Of a stretch of 64,000 nucleotides of DNA, positions 12,881-26,393 are shown piece after piece; positions within the stretch are counted from its first letter, which is position 1; each line of letters opens with the position of its first letter. The DNA lies in the NCBI RefSeq assembly GCF_009914755.1, contig NC_060939.1; one strand, written 5' to 3'. The stretch comes from the human T2T-CHM13v2.0 reference genome, Homo sapiens. The notes beneath the pieces were generated by a model. That model saw only the letters and a list, made by a program, of their open reading frames with translations, searched no databases and had not been told where the DNA came from. The translations under genes and the position numbers were made by a program.

Positions 12881-15800
12881 TGCACTGATCACCCAGGTGA
12901 TCTAACTCTGGTCTAAGCTCTGCCTAAAGGGGCATTGTGACAGATCTCTGCACTGATCAGTCTGGTGATGTAAGTGTTGTCTAGGCTCTGCTTCAAGGGT
13001 CCTTGCCACATATCTCTGCACTGATCACCCAGGTGATGTAACTCTTGGGTAGGCTCTGCTTCCAGGGCATATTGTGACATATCTATGCACTGATCACCTT
13101 AGTAATGTAACACTTTGGTAGGCTCGGCCTACAGGGGAATCTTGACATATCTATGCACTGTTAACCGAAGTGATTTAACTCTTGTCTAGACTGTGCCCAC
13201 AGGGGGATTGAGACATATCTCTGCACTGATCCCGAGGTGATACAACTCTTGCCTGGTCTCTGCCTACTGTGGACATTGTGACATATCTCTGCACTGCTCT
13301 CCCAGGTGCTGTAACTTTAGTCTAGGCTCTGAATACATGGCATTGTGACATATCACTGCACTGATCACCCAGGCGATATAACTCTTCTCTAGGATCTGAC
13401 CACAGGGTGCTTTGTGACATATCCCTGCAATGATCACCCAGGTGATATACCACTTGCCAAGGCTCTGCCTACAGGGGCATTGCAATGTATCTCTGCACAG
13501 ATCACCTAGGTCTTGTAGCTATTTTCCAGGATCTGCCTACAGGGTGCTTTGTGACGTGTCCCAGCAAGGATTACCCAGGTGATGTACCTCATTTCAAGGC
13601 TCTGCCTACAGGCACATTGTGATATATCTCTGCACTGATCACCTAGGTCATGTAACTATTTTCTAGGCTCTACCTACGATGGCATTGTGACACATCTCTG
13701 CACTAATCATCCAAGTGATGTAACTCTTGTCTAGGATGTGCCTAAATTAACTTTTTGACATAACCCTGTACTGATCATCCAGGTGATGGAGCTTTTGTCT
13801 AGGCTCTGCCTAAGGGGGCATTGTGACATATTTCTGCATTGATCACCCAGGTGGCGAACTCTTCTCTCGGATCTGCCTATGGGGGCATTGTGAGAAATCT
13901 CTGCACTGATCACCCAGGTGATGTAACTGTTGTGTAACCTCTGCCTACAGGGGAATTGTGAGAGATCTCGTCACTGATTACCCAAGTGATGTAACCATTG
14001 TCTAGGCTTTGCGTACAGGGGGCTTTGTGACATACCTTTGCACTGATCACCCAGGTGATGTAACACATCTAAGTTCGGCCTAATGGAGCTTTGTGAAATA
14101 TCTCTGCTCTGATCCCTTAGGTGATGTAACACTTTTATAATCCCTGCCTACAGGGAATTTTGTCAAATCTCTGCACTGATCACCTAGGTGATGTAACTCT
14201 TGTCTACCCTCTGTCCAACGGGGCATTGTGAAATATCTCTGCACTGATCACCCAGGTGATTCAACTCTTGACTAGGAACTGCCTACAGAGGTTATTGTGA
14301 AATATCTCTGCACTGATAAACTAGGTGGTGTAACCCTTGTCCAAGCTCTGCCTACAGGGGCATTTCCACATATCCCTGAACTGATGACAAAGGTGATGTA
14401 ACTCTTGCCTAGGCTTTGCCTACAGGGAACATTGGACATATATCTGCAGTGATCACCCAGGTGATGCAACTCTTGCCTTGGCTTTGCCTACAGGGGACAT
14501 TGTGCCATATCTCTTCAATGATCACTCATGTGATGCATCTCTTGCCTAGTCTTTGCCTACAGGGGACATTGTGACATATCTCTGCACTGATCTCCCAGGT
14601 GCTGTAACTTTAGTCTAGGCTCTGGCTACACGACATTGTGACATATCACTGCACTGATCAACCAGGTGATATAACTCTTGTATAGGCTCTGCCTACAGGG
14701 GGATTGTGACCTACTTCTGCACTGATCTCCCAGGTGATATAACTCTTCTCTAGGATCTGCCTACAGGGTACTTTGTGACATAACCCTGAACTGATCACCC
14801 AGGTGATCTAACTCTGGTCTAAGCTCTGCCTAAAGGGGCATTGTGACAGATCTCTGCACTGATCACTCAGGTGATGTAAGTATTGTCTAGGCTCTGCTTC
14901 AAGGGGCCTTGTCACATATCTCTGCACTGATCACCCAGGTGATGTAACTCTTGTCTAGGCTCTGCTTCCAGGGCATATTGTGAGATATCTATGCACTGAT
15001 CACCTTAGTGATGTAACACTTTGGTAGGCTCGGCCTACAGGGGAATCTTGACATATCTCTGCACTGTTAACCGAGGTGATTTAAGTCTTGTCTAGACTGT
15101 GCCCACAGGGGGATTGAGACATATCTCTGCACTGATCCCGAGGTGATACAAATCTTGCCTGGTCTCTGCCTACTGTGGACATTGTGACATATCTCTGCAC
15201 TGATCTCCCAGGTGCTGTAACTTTAGTCTAGGCTCTGGCTACACGGCATTGTGACATATCACTGCACTGATCACCCAGGCGATATAACTCTTCTCTAAGA
15301 TATGACCACAGGGTGCTTTGTGACATATCCCTGCAATGATCACCCAGGTGATATACCACTTGCCAAGGCTCTGCCTACAGGGGCATTGCAATGTATCTCT
15401 GGACTGATCACCTATGTCTTGTAGCTATTTTCTAGGATCTGCCTACAGTGTTCATTGTGACGTGTCCCAGCAAGGATTACCCAGGTGATGTACCTCTCAT
15501 CAAGGCTCTGCCTACAGGCACATTGTGATGTATCTCTGCACTGATCACCTAGGTCATGTAACTTTTTTCTAGGCTCTACCTACGATGGCATTGTGTCATA
15601 TCTCTGCACTAATCATCCAAGTGATGTAACTCTTGTCTAGGATGTGCCTAAATTAACTTTTTGACATAACCCTGTACTGATCATCCAGGTGATGGAGATT
15701 TTGTCTAGGCTCTGCCTAAGGGGCCATTGTGACATATTTCTGCATTGATCACCCAGGTGGCGAACTCTTCTCTCGGATCTGCCTATGGGGGCATTGAGAG

Positions 15801-17542
15801 AAATCTCTGCACTGATCACCCAGGTGACGTATCTGTTGTGTAACCTCTGCCTACAGGGGAATTGTGAGAGATCTCCTCACTGATTACCCAAGTGATGTAA
15901 CCATTGTCTAGGCTTTGCGCACAGGGGGCTTTGTGACATTCATTTGCACTGATCACCCAGGTCATGTAACACATCTAAGTTCGGACTAAAGGAGCTTTGT
16001 GATATATCTCTGCACTGATCACTTAGGTGAGGTAACACTTTTATAATCACTGCCTACAGGGAATTTTGACAAATCTCTGCACTGATCACCTAAGTGATGT
16101 AACTCTTGTCTACCCTCTGTCCAACGGGGCATTGTGAAATATCTCTGCACTGATCACCCAGGTGATTCAACTCTTGACTAGGAACTGCCTACAGAGGTTA
16201 TTGTGAAATATCTCTGCACTGATAAACTAGGTGGTGTAACCCTTGTCCAAGCTCTGCCTACAGGGGCGTTTCCACATATCCCTGAACTGATGACAAAGGT
16301 GATGTAACTCTTGCCTAGGCTTTGCCTACAGGGAACATTGGACATATATCTGCACTGATCACCCAGGTGATGCAACTCTTGCCTAAGCTTTGCCTACAAG
16401 GGACATTGTGACATATCTCTTCAATGATCACTCATGTGATGCATCTCTTGCCTAGGCTTTGCCTACAGGGGACATTGTGACATATCTCTGCACTGATCTC
16501 CCAGGTGCTGTAACTTTAGTCTAGGCTCTGGCTACACGGCATTGTGACATATCACTGCACTGATCAACCAGGTGATATAACTCTTGTATAGGCTCTGCCT
16601 ACAGGGGGATTGTGACCTACCTCTGCACTCATCACCCAGGTGATATAACTCTTCTCTAGGATCTGCCTACAGGGAACTTTGTGTCATATCCCTGCACTGA
16701 TCACCCAGGTGATCTAACTCTGGTCTAAGCTCTGCCTAAAGGGGCATTGTGACAGATCTCTGCACTGATCACTCAGGTGATGTAAGTATTGTCTAGGCTC
16801 TGCTTCAAGGGGCTTTGTCACATATCTCTGCACTGATCACCCAGGTGATGTAACTCTTGTCTAGGCTCTGCTTCCAGGGCATATTGTGACATATCTATGC
16901 ACTGATCACCTTAGTGATGTAACACTTTGGTAGGCTCGGCCTACAGGGGAATCTTGACATATCTCTGCACTGTTAACCGAGGTGATTTAACTCTTTTCTA
17001 GACTGTGCCCACAGGGGGATTGAGACATATCTCTGCACTGATCCCGAGGTGATACAACTCTTGCCTGGTCTCTGCCTACTGTGGACATTGTGACATATCT
17101 CTGCACTGATCTCCCAGGTGCTGTAACTTTAGTCTAGGCTCTGGCTACACGGCATTGTGACATATCACTGCACTGATCACCCAGGCGATATAACTCTTCT
17201 CTAGGATCTGACCACAGGGTGCTTTGTGACATATACCTGCAATGATCACCCAGGTGATATACCACTTGCCAAGGCTCTGCCTACAGGGGCATTGCAATGT
17301 ATCTCTACACTGATCACCTGGGTCTTGTAGCTATTTTCTAGGATCTGCCTACAGGGTGCTTTGTGACGTGTCCCAGCAAGGATTACCCAGGTGATGTACC
17401 TCTCATCAAGGCTCTGCCTAAAGGCACATTGTGATGTATCTCTGCACTGATCACCTAGGTCATGTAACTATTTTCTAGGCTCTACCTACGATGGCATTGT
17501 GTCATATCTCTGCACTAATCATCCACGTGATGTAACTCTTGT

Positions 17543-20500
17543 CTAGGATGTGCCTAAATTAACTTTTTGACATAACCCTGTACTGATCATCCAGGTGATG
17601 GAGCTTTTCTCTAGGCTCTGCCTAAGGGGGCATTGTGACATATTTCTGCATTGATCACCCAGGTGGCGAACTCTTCTCTCGGATCTGCCTATGGGGGCAT
17701 TGTGAGAAATCTCTGCACTGGTCACACAGGTGATGTATCTGTTGTGTAACCTCTGCCTAGAGGGGAATTGTGAGAGATCTCGTCACTGATTACTCAAGTG
17801 ATGCAACCATTGTCTAGGCTTTGCGCACAGGGGGCTTTTTGACATACATTTGCACTGATCACCCAGGTGATGTAACACATCTAAGTTCGGACTTAAGGAG
17901 CTTTGTGACTTATCTCTGCACTGATCACTTAGGTGATGTAACACTTTCATAATCACTGCCTACAGGGAATTTTGACAAATCTCTGCACTGATCACCTAGG
18001 TGATGTAACTCTTGTCTACCCTCTGTCCAACGGGGCATTGTGAAATATCTCTGCACTGATCACCCAGGTGATTCAACTCCTGACTAGGAACTGCCTACAG
18101 AGGTTATTGTGAAATATCTCTGCACTGATAAACTAGGTGGGGTAACACTTGTCCAAGCTCTGCCTACAGGGGCGTTTCCACATATCCCTGAACTGATGAC
18201 AAAGGTGATGTAACTCTTGCCTAGGCTTTGCCTACAGGGAACATTGGACATATATCTGCACTGATCACCCAGGTGATGCAACTCTTGACCAGGCTTTGCC
18301 TACAGGGGACATTGTGACATATTTCTTCAATGATCACTCATGTGATGCATCTCTTGCCTAGGCTTTGCCTACAGGGGACATTGTGACATATCTCTGCCCT
18401 GATCTCCCAGGTGCTGTAACTTTAGTCTAGGCTCTGGCTACACGGCATTGTGACATATCACTGCACTGATCAACCAGGTGATATAACTCTTGTATAGGCT
18501 CTGCCTACATGGGGATTGTGACCTACCTCTGCACTGATCACCCAGGTGATATAACTCTTCTCTAGGATCCGCCTACAGGTTACTTTGTGACATATCCCTG
18601 CACTGATCACCCAGGTGATCTAACTCTGGTCTAAGCTCTGCCTAAAGGGGCATTGTGACAGATCTCTGCACTGATCACTCTGGTGATGTAAGTATTGTCT
18701 AGGCTCTGCTTCACGGGGCCTTGTCACATATCTCTGCACTGATCACCCAGGTGATGTAACTCTTCTCTAGGCTCTGCTTCCAGGGCATATTGTGACATAT
18801 CTATGCACTGATCACCTTAGTGATGTAACACTTTGGTAGGCTCGGCCTACAGGGGAATCTTGACATATCTCTGCACTGTTAACCGAGGTGATTTAACTCT
18901 TGTCTAGGCTGTGCCCACAGGGGGATTGAGACATATCTCTGCACTGATCCCGAGGTGATACAACTCTTGCCTGGTCTCTGCCTACTGTGGACATTGTGAC
19001 ATATCTCTGCACTGATGTCCCAGGTGCTGTAACTTTAGTCTAGGCTCTGGCTACACGGCATTGTGACATATCACTGCACTGATCAACCAGGTGATATAAC
19101 ACTTGTATAGACTCTGCCTACAGGGGGATTGTGACCTACCTCTGCACTGATCACCCAGGTGATATAACTCTTCTCTAGGATCTGCCTACAGGGTACTTTG
19201 TGACACATCCCTGCACTGATCACCCTGGTGATCTAACTCTGGTCTAAGCTCTGCCTAAAGGGGCATTGTGACAGATCTCTGCACTGATCAGTCTGGTGAT
19301 GTAAGTATTGTCTAGGCTCTGCTTCAAGGGGCCTTGTCACATATCTCTGCACTGATCACCCAGGTGATGTAACTCTTGTCTAGGCTCTGCTTCCAGGGCA
19401 TATTGTGATATATCTATGCACTGATCACCTTAGTGATGTAACACTTTGGTAAGCTCGGCCTACAGGGGAATCTTGACATATCTCTGCACTGTTAACCGAG
19501 GTGATTTAACTCTTGTCTAGGCTGTGCCCACAGGGGGATTGAGACATATCTCTGCACTGATCCCGAGGTGATACAACTCTTGCCTGGTCTCTGCCTAGTG
19601 TGGACATTGTGACATATCTCTGAACTGATCTCCCAGGTGCTGTAACTTTAGTCTGGGCTCCGGCTACACGGCATTGTGACATATCACTGCACTGATCACC
19701 CAGGCGATATAAATCTTCTCTAGGATCTGACCACAGGGTGCTTTGTGACATATCCCTGCAATGTTCACCCACGTGATATACCACTTGCCAAGGCTCTGCC
19801 TACAGGGGCATTGCAATGTATCTCTGCACTGATCACCTAGGTCTTGTAGCTCTTTTCTAGGATCTGCCTACAGGGTGCTTTGTGACGTGTCCCAGCAAGG
19901 ATTACCCAGGTGATGTACCTCTCATCAAGGCTCTGCCTACAGGCACATTGTGATGTATCTCTGCACTGATCACCTCGGTCATGTAACTTTTTTCTAGGCT
20001 CTACCTACGATGGCATTGTGACATATCTCTGCATTAATCATCCAAGTGATGTAACTCTTGTCTAGGATGTGCCTAAATTAACTTTTTGACATAACCCTGT
20101 ACTGATCATCCAGGTGATGGAGCTTTTTGTCTAGGCTCTGCCTAAGGGGGCATTGTGACATATTTCTGCATTGATCACCCAGGTGGCGAACTCTTCTCTC
20201 GGATCTGCCTATGGGGGCATTGTGAGAAATCTCTGCACTGATCACCCAGGTGATGTAACTGTTGTGTAACCTCTGCCTACAGGGGAATTGTGAGAGATCT
20301 CGTCACTGATTACCCAAGTGATGTAACCATTGTCTAGGCTTTGCGTACAGGGGGCTTTGTGACATACCTTTGCACTGATCACCCAGGTGATGTAACACAT
20401 CTAAGTTCGGCCTAAAGGAGATTTGTGACATATCTCTGCACTGATCACTTAGGTGATGTAACACTTTTATAATCACTGCCTACAGGGAATTTTGACAAAT

Positions 20501-23500
20501 CTCTGCACTGATCACCTAGGTGATGTCACTCTTGTCTACCCTCTGTCCAACGGGGCATTGTGAAATATCTCTGCACTGATCACCCAGGTGATTCAACTCT
20601 TGACTAGGAACTGCCTACAGAGGTTATTGTGAAATATCTCTGCAATGATAAACTAGGTGGTGTAACCATTGTCCAAGCTCTGCCTACAGGGGCGTTTCCA
20701 CATATCCCTGAACTGATGACAAAGGTGATGTAACTCTTGCCTAGGCTTTGCCTACAGGGAACATTGGACATATATCTGCACTGATCACCCAGGTGATGCA
20801 ACTCTTGCCTAGGCTTTGCCTACAGGGGACATTGTGACATATCTCTTCAATGATCACTCATGTGATGCATCTCTTGCCTAGGCTTTGCCTACAGGGGACA
20901 TTGTGACATATCTCTGCACTGATCTCCCAGGTGCTGTAACTTTAGTCTAGGCTCTGGCTACACGGCATTGTGACATATCACTGCACTGATCAACCAGGTG
21001 ATATAACTCTTGTATAGGCTCTGCCTACAGGGGGATTGTGACCTACCTCTGCACTGATCACCCAGGTGACATAACTCTTCTCTAGGATCTGCCTACAGGG
21101 TACTTTGTGACATATCCCTGCACTGATCACCCAGGTGATCTAACTCTGCTCTAAGCTCTGCCTAAAGGGGCATTGTGACAGATCTCTGCACTGATCAGTC
21201 TGGTGATGTAAGTATTGTCTAGGCTCTGCTTCAAGGGGCCTTGTCACATATCTCTGCACTGATCACCCAGGTGATGTAACTCTTCTCTAGGCTCTGCTTC
21301 CAGGGCATATTGTGACATATCTATGCACTGATCACCTTAGTGATGTAACACTTTGGTAGGCTCGGCCTACAGGGGAATCTTGACATATCTCTGCACTGTT
21401 AACCGAGGTGATTTAACTCTTGTCTAGTCTCTGCCCACAGGGGGACTGAGACATATCTCTGCACTGATCCCGAGGTGATACAACTCTTGCCTGGTCTCTG
21501 CCTACTGTGGACATTGTGACATATCTCTGCACTGATGTCCCATGTGCTGTAACTTTAGTCTAGGCTCTGGCTACATGGCATTGTGACATATCACTGCACT
21601 GATCAACCAGGTGATATAACTCTTGTATAGACTCTGCCTACAGGGGGATTGTGACCTATCTCTGCACTGATCACCCAGGTGATATAACTCTACTCTAGGA
21701 TCTGCCTACAGGGTACTTTGTGACACATCCCTGCACTGATCACCCAGGTGATCTAACTCTGGTCTAAGCTCTGCCTAAAGGGGCATTGTGACAGATCTCT
21801 GCACTGATCACTCTCGTGATGTAAGTATTGTCTAGGCTCTGCTTCAAGGGGCCTTGTCACATATCTCTGCACTGATCACCCAGGTCATGTAACTCTTGTC
21901 TAGGCTCTGCTTCCAGGGCATATTGTGATATATCTATGCACTGATCACCTTAGTGATGTAACACTTTGGTAAGCTCGGCCTACAGGGGAATCTTGACATA
22001 TCTCTGCACTGTTAACCGAGGTGATTTAACTCTTGTCTAGGCTGTGCCCACAGGGGGATTGAGACATATCTCTGCACTGATCCCGAGGTGATACAACTCT
22101 TGCCTGGTCTCTGCCTAGTGTGGACATTGTGACATATCTCTGAACTGATCTCCCAGGTGCTGTAACTTTAGTCTGGGCTCCGGCTACACGGCATTGTGAC
22201 ATATCACTGCACTGATCACCCAGGCGATATAACTCTTCTCTAGGATCTGACCACAGGGTGCTTTGTGACATATCCCTGCAATGATCACCCAGGTGATATA
22301 CCACTTGCCAAGGCTCTGCCTACAGGGGCATTGCAATGTATCTCTGCACTGATCACCTAGGTCTTGTAGCTCTTTTCTAGGATCTGCCTACAGGGTGCTT
22401 TCTGACGTGTCCCAGCAAGGATTACCCAGGTGATGTACCTCTCATCAAGGCTCTGCCTACAGGCACATTGTGATGTATCTCTGCACTGATCACCTCGGTC
22501 ATGTAACTTTTTTCTAGGCTCTACCTACGATGGCATTGTGACATATCTCTGCATTAATCATCCAAGTGATGTAACTCTTGTCTAGGATGTGCCTAAATTA
22601 ACTTTTTGACATAACCCTGTACTGATCATCCAGGTGATGGAGCTTTTGTCTAGGCTCTGCCTAAGGGGGCATTGTGACATATTTCTGCATTGATCACCCA
22701 GGTGGCGAACTCTTCTCTCGGATCTGCCTATGGGGGCATTGTGAGAAATCTCTGCACTGATCACCCAGGTGATGTAACTGTTGTGTAACCTCTGCCTACA
22801 GGGGAATTGTGAGAGATCTCGTCACTGATTACCCAAGTGATGTAACCATTGTCTAGGCTTTGCGTACAGGGGGCTTTGTGACATACCTTTGCACTGATCA
22901 CCCAGGTGATGTAACACATCTAAGTTCGGCCTAAAGGAGCTTTGTGACATATCTCTGCACTGATCACTTAGGTGATGTAACACTTTTATAATCACTGCCT
23001 ACAGGGAATTTTGACAAATCTCTGCACTGATCACCTAGGTGATGTCACTCTTGTCTACCCTCTGTCCAACGGGGCATTGTGAAATGTCTCTGCACTGATC
23101 TCCCAGGTGATTCAACTCTTGACCAGGAACTGCCTACAGAGGTTATTGTGAAATATCTCTGCAATGATAAACTAGGTGGTGTAACCATTGTCCAAGCTCT
23201 GCCTACAGGGGCGTTTCCACATATCCCTGAACTGATGACAAAGGTGATGTAACTCTTGCCTAGGCTTTGCCTACAGGGAACATTGGACATATATCTGCAC
23301 TGATCACCCAGGTGATGCAACTCTTGCCTAGGCTTTGCCTACAGGGGACATTGTGACATATCTCTTCAATGATCACTCATGTGATGCATCTCTTGCCTAG
23401 GCTTTGCCTACAGGGGACATTGTGACATATCTCTGCACTGATCTCCCAGGTGCTGTAACTTTAGTCTAGGCTCTGGCTACACGGCATTGTGACATATCAC

Positions 23501-25100
23501 TGCACTGATCAACCAGGTGATATAACTCTTGTATAGGCTCTGCCTACAGGGGGATTGTGACCTACCTCTGCACTGATCACCCAGGTGACATAACTCTTCT
23601 CTAGGATCTGCCTACAGGGTACTTTGTGACATATCCCTGCACTGATCACCCAGGTGATCTAACTCTGCTCTAAGCTCTGCCTAAAGGGGCATTGTGACAG
23701 ATCTCTGCACTGATCAGTCTGGTGATGTAAGTATTGTCTAGGCTCTGCTTCAAGGGGCCTTGTCACATATCTCTGCACTGATCACCCAGGTGATGTAACT
23801 CTTCTCTAGGCTCTTCTTCCAGGGCATATTGTGACATATCTATGCACTGATCACCTTAGTGATGTAACACTTTGGTAGGCTCGGCCTACAGGGGAATCTT
23901 GACATATCTCTGCACTGTTAACCGAGGTGATTTAACTCTTGTCTAGTCTCTGCCCACAGGGGGACTGAAACATATCTCTGCACTGATCCCGAGGTGATAC
24001 AACTCTTGCCTGGTCTCTGCCTACTGTGGACATTGTGACATATCTCTGCACTGATGTCCCATGTGCTGTAACTTTAGTCTAGGCTCTGGCTACATGGCAT
24101 TGTGACATATCACTGCACTGATCAACCAGGTGATATAACTCTTGTATAGACTCTGCCTACAGGGGGATTGTGACCTATCTCTGCACTGATCACCCAGGTG
24201 ATATAACTCTTCTCTAGGATCTGCCTACAGGGTACTTTGTGACACATCCCTGCACTGATCACCCAGGTGATCTAACTCTGGTCTAAGCTCTGCCTAAAGG
24301 GGCATTGTGACAGATCTCTGCACTGATCACTCTGGTGATGTAAGTATTGTCTAGGCTCTGCTTCAAGGGGCCTTGTCACATATCTCTGCACTGATCACCC
24401 AGGTGATGTAACTCTTGTCTAGGCTCTGCTTCCAGGGCATATTGTGATATATCTATGCACTGATCACCTTAGTGATGTAACACTTTGGTAAGCTCGGCCT
24501 ACAGGGGAATCTTGACATATCTCTGCACTGTTAACCGAGGTGATTTAACTCTTGTCTATGCTGTGCCCACAGGGGGATTGAGACATATCTCTGCACTGAT
24601 CCCGAGGTGATACAACTCTTGCCTTGCCTCTGCCTAGTGTGGACATTGTGACATATCTCTGAACTGATCTCCCAGGTGCTGTAACTTTAGTCTGGGCTCC
24701 GGCTACACGGCATTGTGACATATCACTGCACTGATCACCCAGGCGATATAACTCTTCTCTAGGATCTGACCACAGGGTGCTTTGTGACATATCCCTGCAA
24801 TGATCACCCAGGTGATATACCACTTGCCAAGGCTCTGCCTACAGGGGCATTGCAATGTATCTCTGCACTGATCACCTAGGTCTTGCAGCTATTTTCTAGG
24901 ATCTGCCTACAGGGTGCTTTGTGACGTGTCGTAGCAAGGATTACCCAGGTGATGTACCTCTCATCAAGGCTCTGCCTACAGGCACATTGTGATGTATCTC
25001 TGCACTGATCACCTAGGTCATGTAACTTTTTTCTAGGCTCTACCTACGATGGCATTGTGACATAACTCTGCACTAATCATCCACGTGATGTAACTCTTGT
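17543..25100. repeat. Three tandem 37-mer HOR variants (2519-2520 bp; internal 9-monomer duplication)
   Basis: Markers at 17543, 20062, 22582 and 25101. Monomers m15-m23 occur twice per unit. The m14/m23-type monomer lies at 18401, 19014 and 19627 (613-bp steps). Confidence 0.92.
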
Positions 25101-26393
25101 CTAGGATGTGCCTAAATTAACTTTTTGACATAACCCTGTACTGATCATCCAGGTGATGGAGCTTTTGTCTAGGCTCTGCCTAAGGGGGCATTGTGTCATA
25201 TTTCTGCATTGATCACCCAGGTGGCGAACTCTTCTCTCGGATCTGCCTATGGGGGCATTGTGAGAAATCTCTGCACTGATCACCCAGGTGATGTAACTGT
25301 TGTGTAACCTCTGCCTACAGGGGAATTGTGAGAGATCTCGTCACTGATTACCCAAGTGATGTAACCATTGTCTAGGCTTTGCGTACAGGGGGCTTTGTGA
25401 CATACCTTTGCACTGATCACCCAGGTGATGTAACACATCTAAGTTCGGCCTAAAGGAGCTTTGTGACATATCTCTGCACTGATCACTTAGGTGACGTAAC
25501 ACTTTTATAATCACTGCCTACAGGGAATTTTGACAAATCTCTGCACTGACCACCTAGGTTATGTTACTCTTTTCTACCCTCTGTCCAACGGGGCATTGTG
25601 AAATGTCTCTGCACTGATCACCCAGGTGATTCAACTCTTGACTAGGAACTGCCTACAGAGGTTATTGTGAAATATCTCTGCACTGATAAACTGGGTGGTG
25701 TAACCCTTGTCCAAGCTCTGCCTACAGGGGCGTTTCCACATATCCCTGAACTGATGACAAAGGTGATGTAACTCTTGCCTAGGCTTTGCCTACAGAGAAC
25801 ATTGGACATATATCTGCACTGATCACCCATTTGATGCAACTCTTGCCTAGGCTTTGCCTACAGGGGACATCGGGACATATCTCTTCAATGATCACTCATG
25901 TGATGCATCTCTTGCCTAGGGTTTGCCTACAGGGGACATTGTGACATATCTCTGCACTGATCTCCCAGGTGCTGTAACTTTAGTCTAGGCTCCGGCTACA
26001 CGGCATTGTGACATATCACTGCACTGATCACCCAGGCGATATAACTCTTCTCTAGGATCTGACCACAGGGTGCTTTGTGACATATCCCTGCAATGATCAC
26101 CCAGGTGATATACCACTTGCCAAGGCTCTGCCTACAGGGGCATTGCAATGTATCTCTGCACTGATCACCTAGGTCCTGTAGCTATTTTCTAGGATGTGCC
26201 TACAGGGTGCTTTGTGACGTGTCCTAGCAAGGATTACCCAGGTGATGTACCTCTCATCAAGGCTCTGCCTACAGGCACATTGTGATGTATCTCTGCACTG
26301 ATTACCTAGGTCATGTAACTTTTTTCTAGGCTCTACCTACGATGGCATTGTGACATATCTCTGCACTAATCGTCCAAGTGATGTAACTCTTGT
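25101..26393. repeat. 19-mer HOR deletion variant (1293 bp)
   Basis: Markers at 25101 and 26394. Monomer m14 (25959) is followed directly by m24 (GATCACCCAGGCGATATAAC), so 9 monomers are missing. Confidence 0.92.

Noticed and set aside
20120-20130. Single-base indels (e.g. ~405, ~5844, ~20125, ~49412, ~50278, ~54871, ~60087)
   Set aside because: They are isolated, mostly in short homopolymer or dinucleotide runs, and cannot be told apart from sequencing or consensus errors.
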